From the IMG/VR virus record IMGVR_UViG_2703718849_000002, positions 1 to 32,276 of that record: DNA of 32,276 nt; one strand, 5' to 3'. Origin of the DNA: a virus. Lineage: Duplodnaviria; Heunggongvirae; Uroviricota; Caudoviricetes. The notes under the pieces were generated by a model, which did not search any database, had not been told where the DNA came from, and worked only from the letters and a program-made list of their open reading frames with translations. The translations under genes and the position numbers were made by a program. Below, in pieces: positions 1 to 7,669 of this stretch. Within the stretch, counting starts at the first letter, position 1; each line of letters starts with the position of its first letter.

Positions 1-151
1 TCTCCTGTCAGTTAGCTTTGGTTGTGTGTGGGAGTCGTAGTCCTGAACGAAAACACCCCGCAATGGCACATTGGCAGCTAATCCGGATTCGCACTTCCTG
101 CCAATGCTTCGTTTCGTATCACACACACCAAAGCCTTCTGCTTTGAATGCT

Positions 152-182
152 GCCCTTCTTCAGGGCTTAATTTTTAAGAGCA
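152..182 (-). promoter_or_regulatory. nutL: nutL N-utilisation site: boxB hairpin (152-166, minus strand reads GCCCTGAAGAAGGGC) and boxA-like element (174-182)
   Basis: Minus strand of 1-200 matches the remembered lambda nutL/N-leader; SD ACAGGAGA lies at the very window edge, so the N start codon is just outside. Confidence 0.7.
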
Positions 183-222
183 TCACCTTCATGGTGGTTA
201 GTGCGTCCTGCTGATGGCTTAA

Positions 223-263
223 AATATACCTATAGGTAAAACTGCTGTCTATACCTGCAGGTA
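223..263 (-). promoter_or_regulatory. pL promoter with OL operators (palindromes TACCTATAGGTA 227-238 and TACCTGCAGGTA 252-263; candidate -10 TATATT at 223-228 and -35 TAGACA at 246-251 on minus strand)
   Basis: Repeated 12-bp palindromes of the form TACCTnnAGGTA, the same motif repeated at OR; promoter hexamers with 17-bp spacing overlapping the first operator. Confidence 0.55.
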
Positions 264-325
264 AATAAAATTGATGTGAGAGTTTACCTGCTTGAATTTT
301 CAGGTAATTAATTTTTTGGATTGAT

Positions 326-349
326 ATAAAAAAGCCCGCTTTGCGGGCT
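326..349 (-). terminator. Rho-independent terminator ending the cI operon (lambda t-imm analogue)
   Basis: GC stem AGCCCGC/GCGGGCT followed on the minus strand by a U-run, immediately after the stop of the 361-675 ORF. Confidence 0.7.
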
Positions 350-360
350 GAAAGGAGATG

Positions 361-675
361 TCAGAAGCTATTTGGATTGCTTGGCCATTGCGGCAATTTT
401 GATTCTACTGGGGTGTGTTTGGGTTTGAGTCCGTTTAAGTAGTCGAGGCGCTCAATGGCGCATTTATACATAGCAATCTGCTCTGATGACATGTCGTCGT
501 ATGACATGCCTTTGAACTTTTTAATTATCGATTCTGCCTCATGTATAAGGTGCTTCTTCCTCATGAGTTCAGCTGTATGCTTAGAGCTTACAGGAGATAA
601 CTTTGCCCATATGAAGCAGATGATTACAACAGCGACTACTATGCCGGGTATAAACATTTGCTGCTTTATCCTCAA
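361..675 (-). CDS. Hypothetical small membrane protein (one N-terminal transmembrane helix) co-transcribed with cI; sits where lambda has rexAB
   Basis: 104-aa ORF whose start overlaps the cI stop by 4 nt; hydrophobic stretch IPGIVVAVVIICFIWA; no family recognised. Confidence 0.6.
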   Translation of the reverse strand: MRIKQQMFIPGIVVAVVIICFIWAKLSPVSSKHTAELMRKKHLIHEAESIIKKFKGMSYDDMSSEQIAMYKCAIERLDYLNGLKPKHTPVESKLPQWPSNPNSF

Positions 676-1358
676 ACTTTTGGCAGATCGTCCTGGTCTA
701 CGTACCTGGTGTGTTTCACAATAGCTGAAACAAAATGCATTTTATCAACTTCTTCAACAGGAAGAGTGATTGGGCGGTGATCACTGTTTATGCTACTAAA
801 CTGATAATCACCGTCTCTTGTTTTGTTCATGATCTTTATCATGTTGTGACCGTCTTTGGTCCTTACAAAGACTTCATCACCTGGATGTACTGGCGTATTT
901 GGTTCAATAACAACATATTCTCCTGACTGAATCCTTGGCCACATGCTGTCACCCTTAACCTTCAGACCGTAAGCATCTTTATCGCCGCTGTAGATGCTTA
1001 ACCAACCGGATCTGAATTCAATCATATCCACTGAGCCATCAACTCCCAAAACGGCTTCACCAATTACCGGAACAAAACCCGCACGAACGTTACCCGCAAA
1101 CTCAAGATGGTCTGTAGCTCCAGCTTTACCATCTACAAGCATGTCCATCCATCCGCGTGGGAGATTAAAAGATTTTTCAATTAGTTCCATCATATCGTCA
1201 GCAATGCGTTTTTTTCCGCTTTTTCCTTCCGGATACAGCATTCTGGAAACGTATGATGGTTCCCTTTCTATTCGACGAGCCAACTCTGAGGCCTTTCCAT
1301 TACAGAATCGGTCTCTTATCTCTATCAGCCTTAGTCGTCTTTGTTCGTATTTATCCAT
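672..1358 (-). CDS. cI: cI-like prophage repressor (N-terminal HTH, C-terminal LexA/S24 self-cleaving peptidase domain)
   Basis: 228 aa; GDSM serine motif and downstream lysine typical of the LexA/cI S24 family; divergent from cro across an operator region. Confidence 0.85.
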   Translation of the reverse strand: MDKYEQRRLRLIEIRDRFCNGKASELARRIEREPSYVSRMLYPEGKSGKKRIADDMMELIEKSFNLPRGWMDMLVDGKAGATDHLEFAGNVRAGFVPVIGEAVLGVDGSVDMIEFRSGWLSIYSGDKDAYGLKVKGDSMWPRIQSGEYVVIEPNTPVHPGDEVFVRTKDGHNMIKIMNKTRDGDYQFSSINSDHRPITLPVEEVDKMHFVSAIVKHTRYVDQDDLPKV

Positions 1359-1378
1359 GATTTAATTCTATCTTTGAT

Positions 1379-1434
1379 TACCTGCCGGTAAATAACCTAT
1401 GGGTATTGATTTGCTTTTTACCTACAGGTAAACT
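1379..1434 (+). promoter_or_regulatory. OR operator region with three TACCTnnAGGTA-type sites (1379-1390, 1394-1405, 1419-1430) and PR (-35 TTGATT 1406-1411, -10 TAAACT 1429-1434)
   Basis: Three spaced palindromes between divergent cI and cro; promoter hexamers with 17-bp spacer overlapping the cro-proximal operator. Confidence 0.65.
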
Positions 1435-1466
1435 CACCTTATTCAACAACGGGAAGGAGATAGCAA

Positions 1467-1697
1467 ATGGAAGAACTCCGCTTGTATCTGAACTCCCTTT
1501 CACTGGAAGAGCAGAGAGAATTTGCCACCAAGTGCGGAACTTCTATCGGCTATTTGAGGAAAGCACTTAGCCGTAATCATGAATTGGGCGCAGCACTTTG
1601 TGTTCTGATTGAGAAGTTCAGCAATGGTGAAGTGACTCGCAAAGACCTTCATCCGGTTGATTGGGAAAGCATCTGGCCTGAATTAATGGCCGCTTAA
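1467..1697 (+). CDS. cro: Cro-like HTH regulator (YdaS/Cro family)
   Basis: 76 aa, first gene of the rightward operon from PR, good SD (GGAAGGAGA), HTH-like segment. Confidence 0.65.
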   Translation: MEELRLYLNSLSLEEQREFATKCGTSIGYLRKALSRNHELGAALCVLIEKFSNGEVTRKDLHPVDWESIWPELMAA

Positions 1698-1705
1698 GTT
1701 ATTAA

Positions 1706-1737
1706 CGCTCTTACACATCCCCGCCCTGAAAAAGGGC
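1706..1737 (+). promoter_or_regulatory. nutR: nutR: boxA (CGCTCTTAC, 1706-1714) and boxB hairpin (GCCCTGAAAAAGGGC, 1723-1737)
   Basis: Lambda-type boxA/boxB between cro and cII. Confidence 0.7.
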
Positions 1738-1813
1738 ATTACCAGAAACAAATCTCTATGGTTTTGCGTTTCTTTGCGAAGCCAACTCTATCTAATCATT
1801 AAGGAAATTATCT

Positions 1814-2095
1814 ATGGGTACTATTGCAACTAAAAGCAAGAAAGCGGCTCGCATCGAGTCAGCCTTGCTGAACAAACTGGCACTGATGGGGCAGAAGACA
1901 TTCGCTCGCGCGATGGGGGTTCCGGAATACCAGGTAAGCCGATGGAAGAATGGTTTCTTCTCGCAGGTAAGCATGATGCTGGCTGTTCTGGAATACGGAA
2001 TCGAAGACGATGAAATGGCTGAATTGACTAAGCGGCTTGCCGATTACCTGACAAAAGAAAAAGCCCCGAAGAACGGCGAATTCTTCGAGGCCTGA
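1814..2095 (+). CDS. cII: cII-like transcriptional activator of lysogeny
   Basis: 93 aa; ALRIESALLNK, QISRWK and SMLLAVLEWG-type motifs closely resemble lambda CII as remembered. Confidence 0.85.
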   Translation: MGTIATKSKKAARIESALLNKLALMGQKTFARAMGVPEYQVSRWKNGFFSQVSMMLAVLEYGIEDDEMAELTKRLADYLTKEKAPKNGEFFEA

Positions 2096-2129
2096 TGTAG
2101 AAAGACTGGATCAATCCACAGGAGTAATT

Positions 2130-2291
2130 ATGACAAAACGTAGTAAGAAATACCAGGAAAAAGAAGAGATTCGACCCCCTGATTCACCTGAGGGATTAGT
2201 GGTAGCCGCAGCAAATAACAGGGCGTTCGCAGAGCGCCTTGTTGGTGTTTACAGACTAGCCAAAGCAGGAGTGAAACATGGGCGTCGTTAA
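2130..2291 (+). CDS. Possible small basic protein (53 aa) between cII and the O gene
   Basis: ATG with SD (CAGGAGTAATT); overlaps the upstream candidate O start by 14 nt; not in the supplied track (under 60 aa). Confidence 0.3.
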   Translation: MTKRSKKYQEKEEIRPPDSPEGLVVAAANNRAFAERLVGVYRLAKAGVKHGRR

Positions 2292-3168
2292 GTTAGCTGA
2301 TTACAGGCATAACCCTGTACAACATCAGGAGGCATCCAGTATGGGGTATGTCTCTATACACCGCCAGTTTATGGACAGCAGGCTCTATAAGGACTCTCAG
2401 GCAGTACATCTTTGGCTTCACTTAATCCTCAAGGCTAATCACGAATCTACTGTCGTCAATACGGATATCGGTCCGATAACTGTTGATCGCGGTCAGATGA
2501 TAACTGGACGCCCGTCGCTGGTCAGAGAAACATTCATCCCCGACAACAAAGTTCGGAGCTTATTACGGACTTTTGAGTCGAAAGGGATGCTTAATATTTG
2601 CTCGATGGGGAAGAAATTTAGCCTGTTTACAATCGTTAAATATGACGATTTTCAGGCAAAAAATTGTCCAACGGTTGTCCAACGGTTGTCCAACGCAAAC
2701 ACCAGTAATGGCGCGGCTCTCAGCGGAGATTGTCCAACGGTTGTCCAACGGTTGTCCATAAACAATAATATAAATAATATCTCTAATACTGACGTATTAG
2801 AGAGTGCCACAGCAGACAAAAAGTCTGACAAGAAAAAACCTTCCGTTAGCTGTCAGGATGTTGTCGATGCTTACCACGAAATCCTTCCTGAAGCGCCAAG
2901 AATCCGCGCACTGAATGACAAGCGTAAAAACCAGATCCGAACGTTCTGGCGCAAAGCCGGAGTGATAACCCGACAGCTTGACGGGCATGGTTTTACGATG
3001 CAGGACTGGAGAAATTATTTGAGCTACGTAGGCGAAAATTGCCGATGGATGTTCGAAGAGCGTCCAAACCATCAACGCGGAACTGTCTGGCACAAAAAGG
3101 GATTTGATTTCCTGCTTAACGATAATACCTACCTGAAAGTTCGTGAGGGTGAACACGATGACCGATAA
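2278..3168 (+). CDS. O: Replication initiator protein (lambda O / P22 gene 18 analogue) containing the origin iterons; alternative start at 2341 has a perfect AGGAGG SD
   Basis: Position after cII; tandem iterons inside the coding sequence produce the CPTVVQRLSN protein repeats; followed by the helicase gene. Confidence 0.8.
   Translation: MGVVKLADYRHNPVQHQEASSMGYVSIHRQFMDSRLYKDSQAVHLWLHLILKANHESTVVNTDIGPITVDRGQMITGRPSLVRETFIPDNKVRSLLRTFESKGMLNICSMGKKFSLFTIVKYDDFQAKNCPTVVQRLSNANTSNGAALSGDCPTVVQRLSINNNINNISNTDVLESATADKKSDKKKPSVSCQDVVDAYHEILPEAPRIRALNDKRKNQIRTFWRKAGVITRQLDGHGFTMQDWRNYLSYVGENCRWMFEERPNHQRGTVWHKKGFDFLLNDNTYLKVREGEHDDR
2664..2759. repeat. Replication origin: two clusters of 11-bp direct repeats TTGTCCAACGG (3 copies at 2664-2695, 2-3 copies at 2730-2759) followed by an AT-rich stretch (2760-2800)
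   Basis: Read directly; same architecture as lambda ori (iterons inside O followed by an AT-rich unwinding element). Confidence 0.8.
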
Positions 3169-4594
3169 TTTTTATGCGCCGCCCCATAGCATCGAGGCAG
3201 AGCAGGCGGTGATTGGTGGATTGCTTCTGGATGATGACAGCAGTGAGCGCGTCCAGAAAGTTCTGGCGATGCTGAAGCCCGATTCATTTTACAGCCGACC
3301 ACACAAAATCCTTTTCGAAGAGATAACCAGAATGCACCGGGAGCAAAAGCCAGTAGATGGCCTGACGCTTTTCGATGAACTGGAGCGTAAATCGTTAACG
3401 GCGTCTGTTGGCGGTTTTGCTTATATCGCTGAGATCGCAAAGAACACGCCAAGCGCCGCAAACATCGTTGCCTATGCAATGCAGGTTCGCGAAACCGCAA
3501 TGGAACGCTACGCCATCAACCGCATGACTGAAGCGACGGAATTGCTCTATTCCCGCAACGGAATGACTGCAACGCAGAAGTACGAAGCTATTCAGGCGAT
3601 TTTCACGCAACTGACAGACCATGCAAAAACCGGATCGCGTCGCGGCCTTCGCTCATTTGGCGAGGTCATGGAAGACTGGGTTAGCGACCTTGAGAAGCGA
3701 TTTGACCCGTCAGGCGAACAGCGAGGAATGAGCACAGGCATCCCATCGCTGGACAGGATGCTGTCACCGAAAGGTCTGGTGAAAGGCTCTCTGTTTGTCA
3801 TTGGCGCTCGCCCTAAGATGGGGAAAACGACGCTATACAGCCAGATGGCAATCAACTGCGCAGTGCATGAGAAAAAGCCCGCTCTGATGTTCAGCCTTGA
3901 AATGCCAGGTGACCAGATACTGGAAAAACTGGTAGGGCAGAAGTCAGGTGTTAACCCGAATATTTTTTACCTTCCGGCGACAAATGACTCTGATGACGGC
4001 TATCAGGGTGATTACGATGGTGACTTCAACAGGGCGATCGAAACAGCCAATCGCTTGAGTGAAATCGACATGCTTTACATCGACGACACGCCGGGATTAT
4101 CTCTGGCTCAAATCGTCAGCGAAAGCCGTCGAATCAAGCGAGAAAAAGGATGTGTTGGCATGATTCTGGTCGATTACCTGACACTAATGACCGCTGAAAA
4201 GGCCGATCGCAACGACCTTGCTTACGGCATGATCACCAAAGGACTGAAGAACCTTGCCAAAGAGCTTGATTGCGTTGTTGTGCTTCTGACACAGCTTAAC
4301 CGCGCACTGGAAAGCCGAACCAATAAACGCCCATTACCAAGTGACTCACGAGATACAGGGCAGATTGAACAGGATTGCGATTATTGGGTGGGGATCCATC
4401 GTGAAGGTGCTTTTGATGACAGCGTTCCTCCTGGTGAAACCGAACTAATCCTTCGCCTCAATCGTCATGGCAATACCGGAACGGTGTATTGCATTCAGGC
4501 AAATGGCGCTATTTATGACACAGACCAACAGTCTGCTGAAATGCGCCGCCGTGAACGTGAGGAACCGCAGTCCAAGAAGAAAGGAGGATTCTGA
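3158..4594 (+). CDS. DnaB-family replicative helicase (P22 gene 12 type)
   Basis: Walker A GARPKMGKTT and DnaB-like N-terminal and RecA-like motifs; start taken at ATG 3158 (SD GAGGG), overlapping the O stop. Confidence 0.9.
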   Translation: MTDNFYAPPHSIEAEQAVIGGLLLDDDSSERVQKVLAMLKPDSFYSRPHKILFEEITRMHREQKPVDGLTLFDELERKSLTASVGGFAYIAEIAKNTPSAANIVAYAMQVRETAMERYAINRMTEATELLYSRNGMTATQKYEAIQAIFTQLTDHAKTGSRRGLRSFGEVMEDWVSDLEKRFDPSGEQRGMSTGIPSLDRMLSPKGLVKGSLFVIGARPKMGKTTLYSQMAINCAVHEKKPALMFSLEMPGDQILEKLVGQKSGVNPNIFYLPATNDSDDGYQGDYDGDFNRAIETANRLSEIDMLYIDDTPGLSLAQIVSESRRIKREKGCVGMILVDYLTLMTAEKADRNDLAYGMITKGLKNLAKELDCVVVLLTQLNRALESRTNKRPLPSDSRDTGQIEQDCDYWVGIHREGAFDDSVPPGETELILRLNRHGNTGTVYCIQANGAIYDTDQQSAEMRRREREEPQSKKKGGF

Positions 4595-4622
4595 TGACCA
4601 TCTACATCACTGAGCTAATAAC

Positions 4623-4655
4623 AGGCCTGCTGGTAATCGCAGGCCTTTTTATTTG
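4623..4655 (+). terminator. Rho-independent terminator after the helicase gene (tR2 analogue)
   Basis: 8-bp stem AGGCCTGC/GCAGGCCT with 8-nt loop, followed by TTTTTATTT. Confidence 0.7.
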
Positions 4656-4669
4656 GGGGAGAGTAAATC

Positions 4670-4876
4670 GTGGCTGAGTTTATGCTCGTCGCACTCAAAT
4701 GCGTTGGCGTTGGATGGATTCTTCTGACGTTTTTTATTGTTCTGCATAGCTACATTCGTCTTGTGAATGACGGTAAAGACCCATGGTATACGTTGTTTGG
4801 CGCTGCATTTGTCTGGGTGATTATCGGTGTTATGCCTGTCGCTGTAGCAAAAATGGCGTGGCGTTTTGTGAGTTGA
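4670..4876 (+). CDS. Hypothetical small membrane protein (two predicted TM helices); start is GTG 4670 or ATG 4682
   Basis: 68-aa ORF with two hydrophobic segments; SD GGAGAG upstream of the GTG. Confidence 0.5.
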   Translation: MAEFMLVALKCVGVGWILLTFFIVLHSYIRLVNDGKDPWYTLFGAAFVWVIIGVMPVAVAKMAWRFVS

Positions 4877-4893
4877 ACTGAGGGTAAGTATCG

Positions 4894-5208
4894 ATGGACG
4901 AATCAAGAAAGCAGTTTGAGGAATACGTTGCCAAAAAATTGAGATTACCATTCGAGATGATAACCGAGGCAAGAAATGGTGATAGGTACTTTGCATTTTC
5001 AAGCATGGATATTCGTCACTCCTTAAATGAGTGGTGGGCTTTATGGCAGGCATCGCGAGCAGCTATTGAAATAACCGCGCCAAAGTTTATCGACAGCAGA
5101 GAAGCATTAGCCAAAGGGTTTACTGTTGATTATTCCAATGGCTTCTGTGATGCAATGGATGCTTATGAGGAAAACATCCGCGCTGCTGGAGTCAAAGTGA
5201 AGGAGTGA
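4894..5208 (+). CDS. Hypothetical phage protein (104 aa)
   Basis: ORF with SD GAGGG, closely packed after the preceding ORF. Confidence 0.55.
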   Translation: MDESRKQFEEYVAKKLRLPFEMITEARNGDRYFAFSSMDIRHSLNEWWALWQASRAAIEITAPKFIDSREALAKGFTVDYSNGFCDAMDAYEENIRAAGVKVKE

Positions 5209-5210
5209 GT

Positions 5211-5375
5211 ATGAGCGCATACGAAGAAATCATGTTAGCCCTGCGATTCTTTTTCGGTGTGGAAGAAGATGAAAACGTAAATGAGATTATCTGGCAAGAC
5301 CATGACCCGATAGGGACTATTGCAGCTGCACTTGACGATTACAGGAGCGTAAGTGGTGAGGAAACTAACGTTTGA
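5211..5375 (+). CDS. Possible small acidic protein (54 aa)
   Basis: ATG 3 nt after the previous stop with SD AGGAG; overlaps the ninB start by 23 nt; not in the supplied track. Confidence 0.35.
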   Translation: MSAYEEIMLALRFFFGVEEDENVNEIIWQDHDPIGTIAAALDDYRSVSGEETNV

Positions 5376-5796
5376 ACTAAGAAGCCCCATCCATCAGCAG
5401 AACGCCATTCAAGCCATCCAGCAAATTCTTCCAGACCCAACCAAACCAATCGTAGTAACCATTCAGGAACGCAATCGCAGCTTAGACCAGAATCGAAAGC
5501 TTTGGGCTTGCCTTGGTGACGTCTCTCGTCAGGTTGAATGGCATGGTCGCTGGCTGGATGCAGAAAGCTGGAAGTGTGTGTTTACCGCAGCATTAAAGCA
5601 GCAGGACGTTGTTCCTAACCTTGCCGGGAATGGCTTTGTGGTAATAGGCCAGTCAACCAGCAGGATGCGTGTAAGCGAATTTGCGGAGCTATTAGAGCTT
5701 ATACAGGCATTCGGTACAGAGCGTGGCGTTAAGTGGTCAGACGAAGCGCGACTGGCTCTCGAATGGAAAGCGCGATGGGGAGACCGGGCAGCATGA
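5353..5796 (+). CDS. ninB: NinB (Orf) recombination mediator protein
   Basis: Near-identical over most of its length to lambda NinB as remembered (…[42 protein letters not shown]…). Confidence 0.9.
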   Translation: MVRKLTFELRSPIHQQNAIQAIQQILPDPTKPIVVTIQERNRSLDQNRKLWACLGDVSRQVEWHGRWLDAESWKCVFTAALKQQDVVPNLAGNGFVVIGQSTSRMRVSEFAELLELIQAFGTERGVKWSDEARLALEWKARWGDRAA

Positions 5797-5966
5797 TGCG
5801 ATGTGATCGGTGCGGTGAATGCAAAGAAGATAACCGCTTCAGACCAAATCAACCTTACTGGAATCGATGGTGTCTCCGGTGTGAAAGAACACCAACAGGA
5901 GTTTTACCACTACCGCAGGAAAAGGAGGACGTATGGCGAGACAGCGACGAAGTATCACCGACATAA
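5793..5966 (+). CDS. ninD: NinD-like small zinc-finger protein
   Basis: 57 aa from the ATGA overlap with the ninB stop; CxxC…CxxC pattern ([10 protein letters not shown] … CLRCE). Confidence 0.65.
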
Positions 5967-6109
5967 TCTGTGAAAACTGCAAATACCTTCCAACGAAACG
6001 CTCCAGAAATAAACGCAAGCCAATCCCAAAAGAATCTGACGTAAAAACCTTCAACTACACGGCTCACCTGTGGGATATCCGGTGGCTAAGACATCGTGCG
6101 AGGAAATGA
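5933..6109 (+). CDS. ninE: NinE protein
   Basis: 58 aa, [52 protein letters not shown] matches lambda NinE as remembered; not in the supplied track. Confidence 0.8.
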
Positions 6110-6111
6110 CA

Positions 6112-6495
6112 ATGGATTATTCACAGTTAAGTGATTTTGAAATTAACGTGGCAGTATTCGAAGCCATTCATAACGGATCACCGGATTACAAAGAAGGTGA
6201 GAATGGCGATATGGTGTTTATCTCATTTGAGGGAGACATTGTAAACGGAGACGCAGTTGAAGTAGAGGTTGAGCGCGGATCCTTTAACCCATGCGCAAAC
6301 CCAGCAGACGCATGGCCGATTATCACTGAAAACAACATCAGCATAATTTTAGACAATCCCTCAATGCCGTGCGCCACAGACAACGCAAGGGACTTGTTTG
6401 ATGATGCCGGACCGAATGTTGGTGTCGCATATGACAATCCACTCCGTGCCGCCATGATTGTCTTTCTCATGATGCAGGACGCTAATAATGCTTAG
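6112..6495 (+). CDS. NinX-like protein (DUF2591-type)
   Basis: Start chosen at MDYSQLSDFEIN directly after the ninE stop; position as in P22-type nin regions; family assignment from memory only. Confidence 0.5.
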   Translation: MDYSQLSDFEINVAVFEAIHNGSPDYKEGENGDMVFISFEGDIVNGDAVEVEVERGSFNPCANPADAWPIITENNISIILDNPSMPCATDNARDLFDDAGPNVGVAYDNPLRAAMIVFLMMQDANNA

Positions 6496-6664
6496 CCCAT
6501 CCCAATCCCTCCAATACCAGAAAGAAAGCGTCGAGCGGGCTTTAACGTGCGCTAACTGCGGTCAGAAGCTGCATGTGCTGGAAGTTCACGTGTGTGAGCA
6601 CTGCTGCGCAGAGCTGATGAGTGATCCGAATAGCTCAATGTACGAGGAAGAAGACGATGAATGA
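6488..6664 (+). CDS. ninF: NinF protein
   Basis: 58 aa, MLSPSQSLQYQKESVERALTCANCGQKLHVLEVHVCEHCCAELMSD matches lambda NinF as remembered; not in the supplied track. Confidence 0.8.
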   Translation: MLSPSQSLQYQKESVERALTCANCGQKLHVLEVHVCEHCCAELMSDPNSSMYEEEDDE

Positions 6665-7379
6665 GTTAATAAATGGCAATGCCATCAAAATGACAAGCAT
6701 TGAAATCGCTGAGTTGGTGGGTAAGCGTCATGACAATGTGAAACGTACCATCGAAACGCTGGCTAAAAATGGTGTTATCCGGCTTCCTCAAATTGAGGTT
6801 TCCGAAAGAATCAATAACTTAGGGTTCAATGTTCAGTACGAGCATTACGTCTTCGAAGGCGAACAAGGCAAGCGAGATAGTATTGTTGTTGTTGCCCAGT
6901 TGTCGCCAGAGTTCACCGCTCGCCTTGTTGACCGCTGGCGAGATCTTGAAGAAGCTGCGGTTAATATCCCCAAAACGCTACCGGAAGCGTTGCGCCTTGC
7001 TGCTGATCTTGCCGAGAAGAAAATGCAACTGGAAAACCAGCTCGCAATTGCCGCACCTAAAGTTGAGTTTGCCGATCGCGTTGGCGAGGCCAGCGGAATT
7101 TTGATTGGAAACTTTGCAAAGGTTGTTGGAATTGGTCCAAACAAACTGTTTGCGTGGATGCGCGATCACAAAATCCTTATTGCTTCAGGTTCCCGGCGCA
7201 ATGTGCCAATGCAGGAATATATGGATCGCGGCTATTTCACAGTGAAAGAAACAGCGGTCAACACAAATCACGGGATACAGATATCGTTCACCACAAAAAT
7301 CACCGGGCGTGGTCAACAGTGGCTGACCAGAAAGCTGCTCGATAACGGAATGCTGAAAGTAACAGGGGAGGCTGCTTAA
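6657..7379 (+). CDS. Phage antirepressor / regulatory protein (Rha-like N-terminal domain with KilA-C/Ant-type C-terminal domain)
   Basis: Start taken at MNELINGNAIK (6657); domain pattern recalled from Rha/Ant family proteins. Confidence 0.6.
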   Translation: MNELINGNAIKMTSIEIAELVGKRHDNVKRTIETLAKNGVIRLPQIEVSERINNLGFNVQYEHYVFEGEQGKRDSIVVVAQLSPEFTARLVDRWRDLEEAAVNIPKTLPEALRLAADLAEKKMQLENQLAIAAPKVEFADRVGEASGILIGNFAKVVGIGPNKLFAWMRDHKILIASGSRRNVPMQEYMDRGYFTVKETAVNTNHGIQISFTTKITGRGQQWLTRKLLDNGMLKVTGEAA

Positions 7380-7669
7380 TGGCTAATCTACGCAAAGAAG
7401 CACGCGGCAGAGAATGCCAGGTACGTATTTACGGCGTATGCAATGGCAATCCTGAAACTACAGTTCTGGCACATTACCGGATGGCTGGAATTTGCGGAAC
7501 GGGAATGAAGCCTGACGACCTGATCGGCGCATGGGCTTGTAGCGCGTGTCACGATGAAATCGACCGACGCACCCATAATCTCGACAACAAAGACGCCAGA
7601 CTTTACCACCTCGAAGGCGTGATCAGGACGCAGGCGATACTGTTGAAGGAGGGGAAGATTAAGCCATGA
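7379..7669 (+). CDS. YbcO-like protein (DUF1364; putative nuclease with Cys-rich metal site)
   Basis: 96 aa; ARGRECQVRIYGVCNGNPETTVLAH…CSACHDEIDRR closely resembles E. coli DLP12 YbcO as remembered. Confidence 0.7.
   Translation: MANLRKEARGRECQVRIYGVCNGNPETTVLAHYRMAGICGTGMKPDDLIGAWACSACHDEIDRRTHNLDNKDARLYHLEGVIRTQAILLKEGKIKP

Noticed and set aside
285-306. Spaced inverted repeat TACCTG-N10-CAGGTA considered as an extra operator or attachment core
   Set aside because: Geometry differs from the five clear 12-bp operators; without binding data it may simply be a degenerate operator or an RNA hairpin in the pL leader, so it is not called as a feature
994-1365. 123-aa plus-strand ORF overlapping cI, and the 455-724 ORF overlapping the 104-aa gene
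   Set aside because: Antisense to the well-supported repressor operon; no start context
2664-2759. Tandem short repeats that could be mistaken for a CRISPR array or VNTR
   Set aside because: Only 11-bp units with no spacers of CRISPR length, located inside the initiator gene and followed by an AT-rich element; they are replication-origin iterons
3129-3855. Minus-strand ORFs (3129-3500, 3395-3622, 3592-3855) inside the helicase gene
   Set aside because: Antisense to the DnaB-like helicase with its Walker motifs; Arg/Cys-rich translations typical of GC-rich antisense frames
4594-4677. 27-aa hydrophobic peptide ORF (MTIYITELITGLLVIAGLFIWGRVNRG) starting on the helicase stop codon
   Set aside because: Its hydrophobic core is encoded by the GC-rich terminator hairpin itself (4623-4646) and there is no convincing SD; more likely a coincidental ORF through the terminator, though a hok-like peptide cannot be fully excluded
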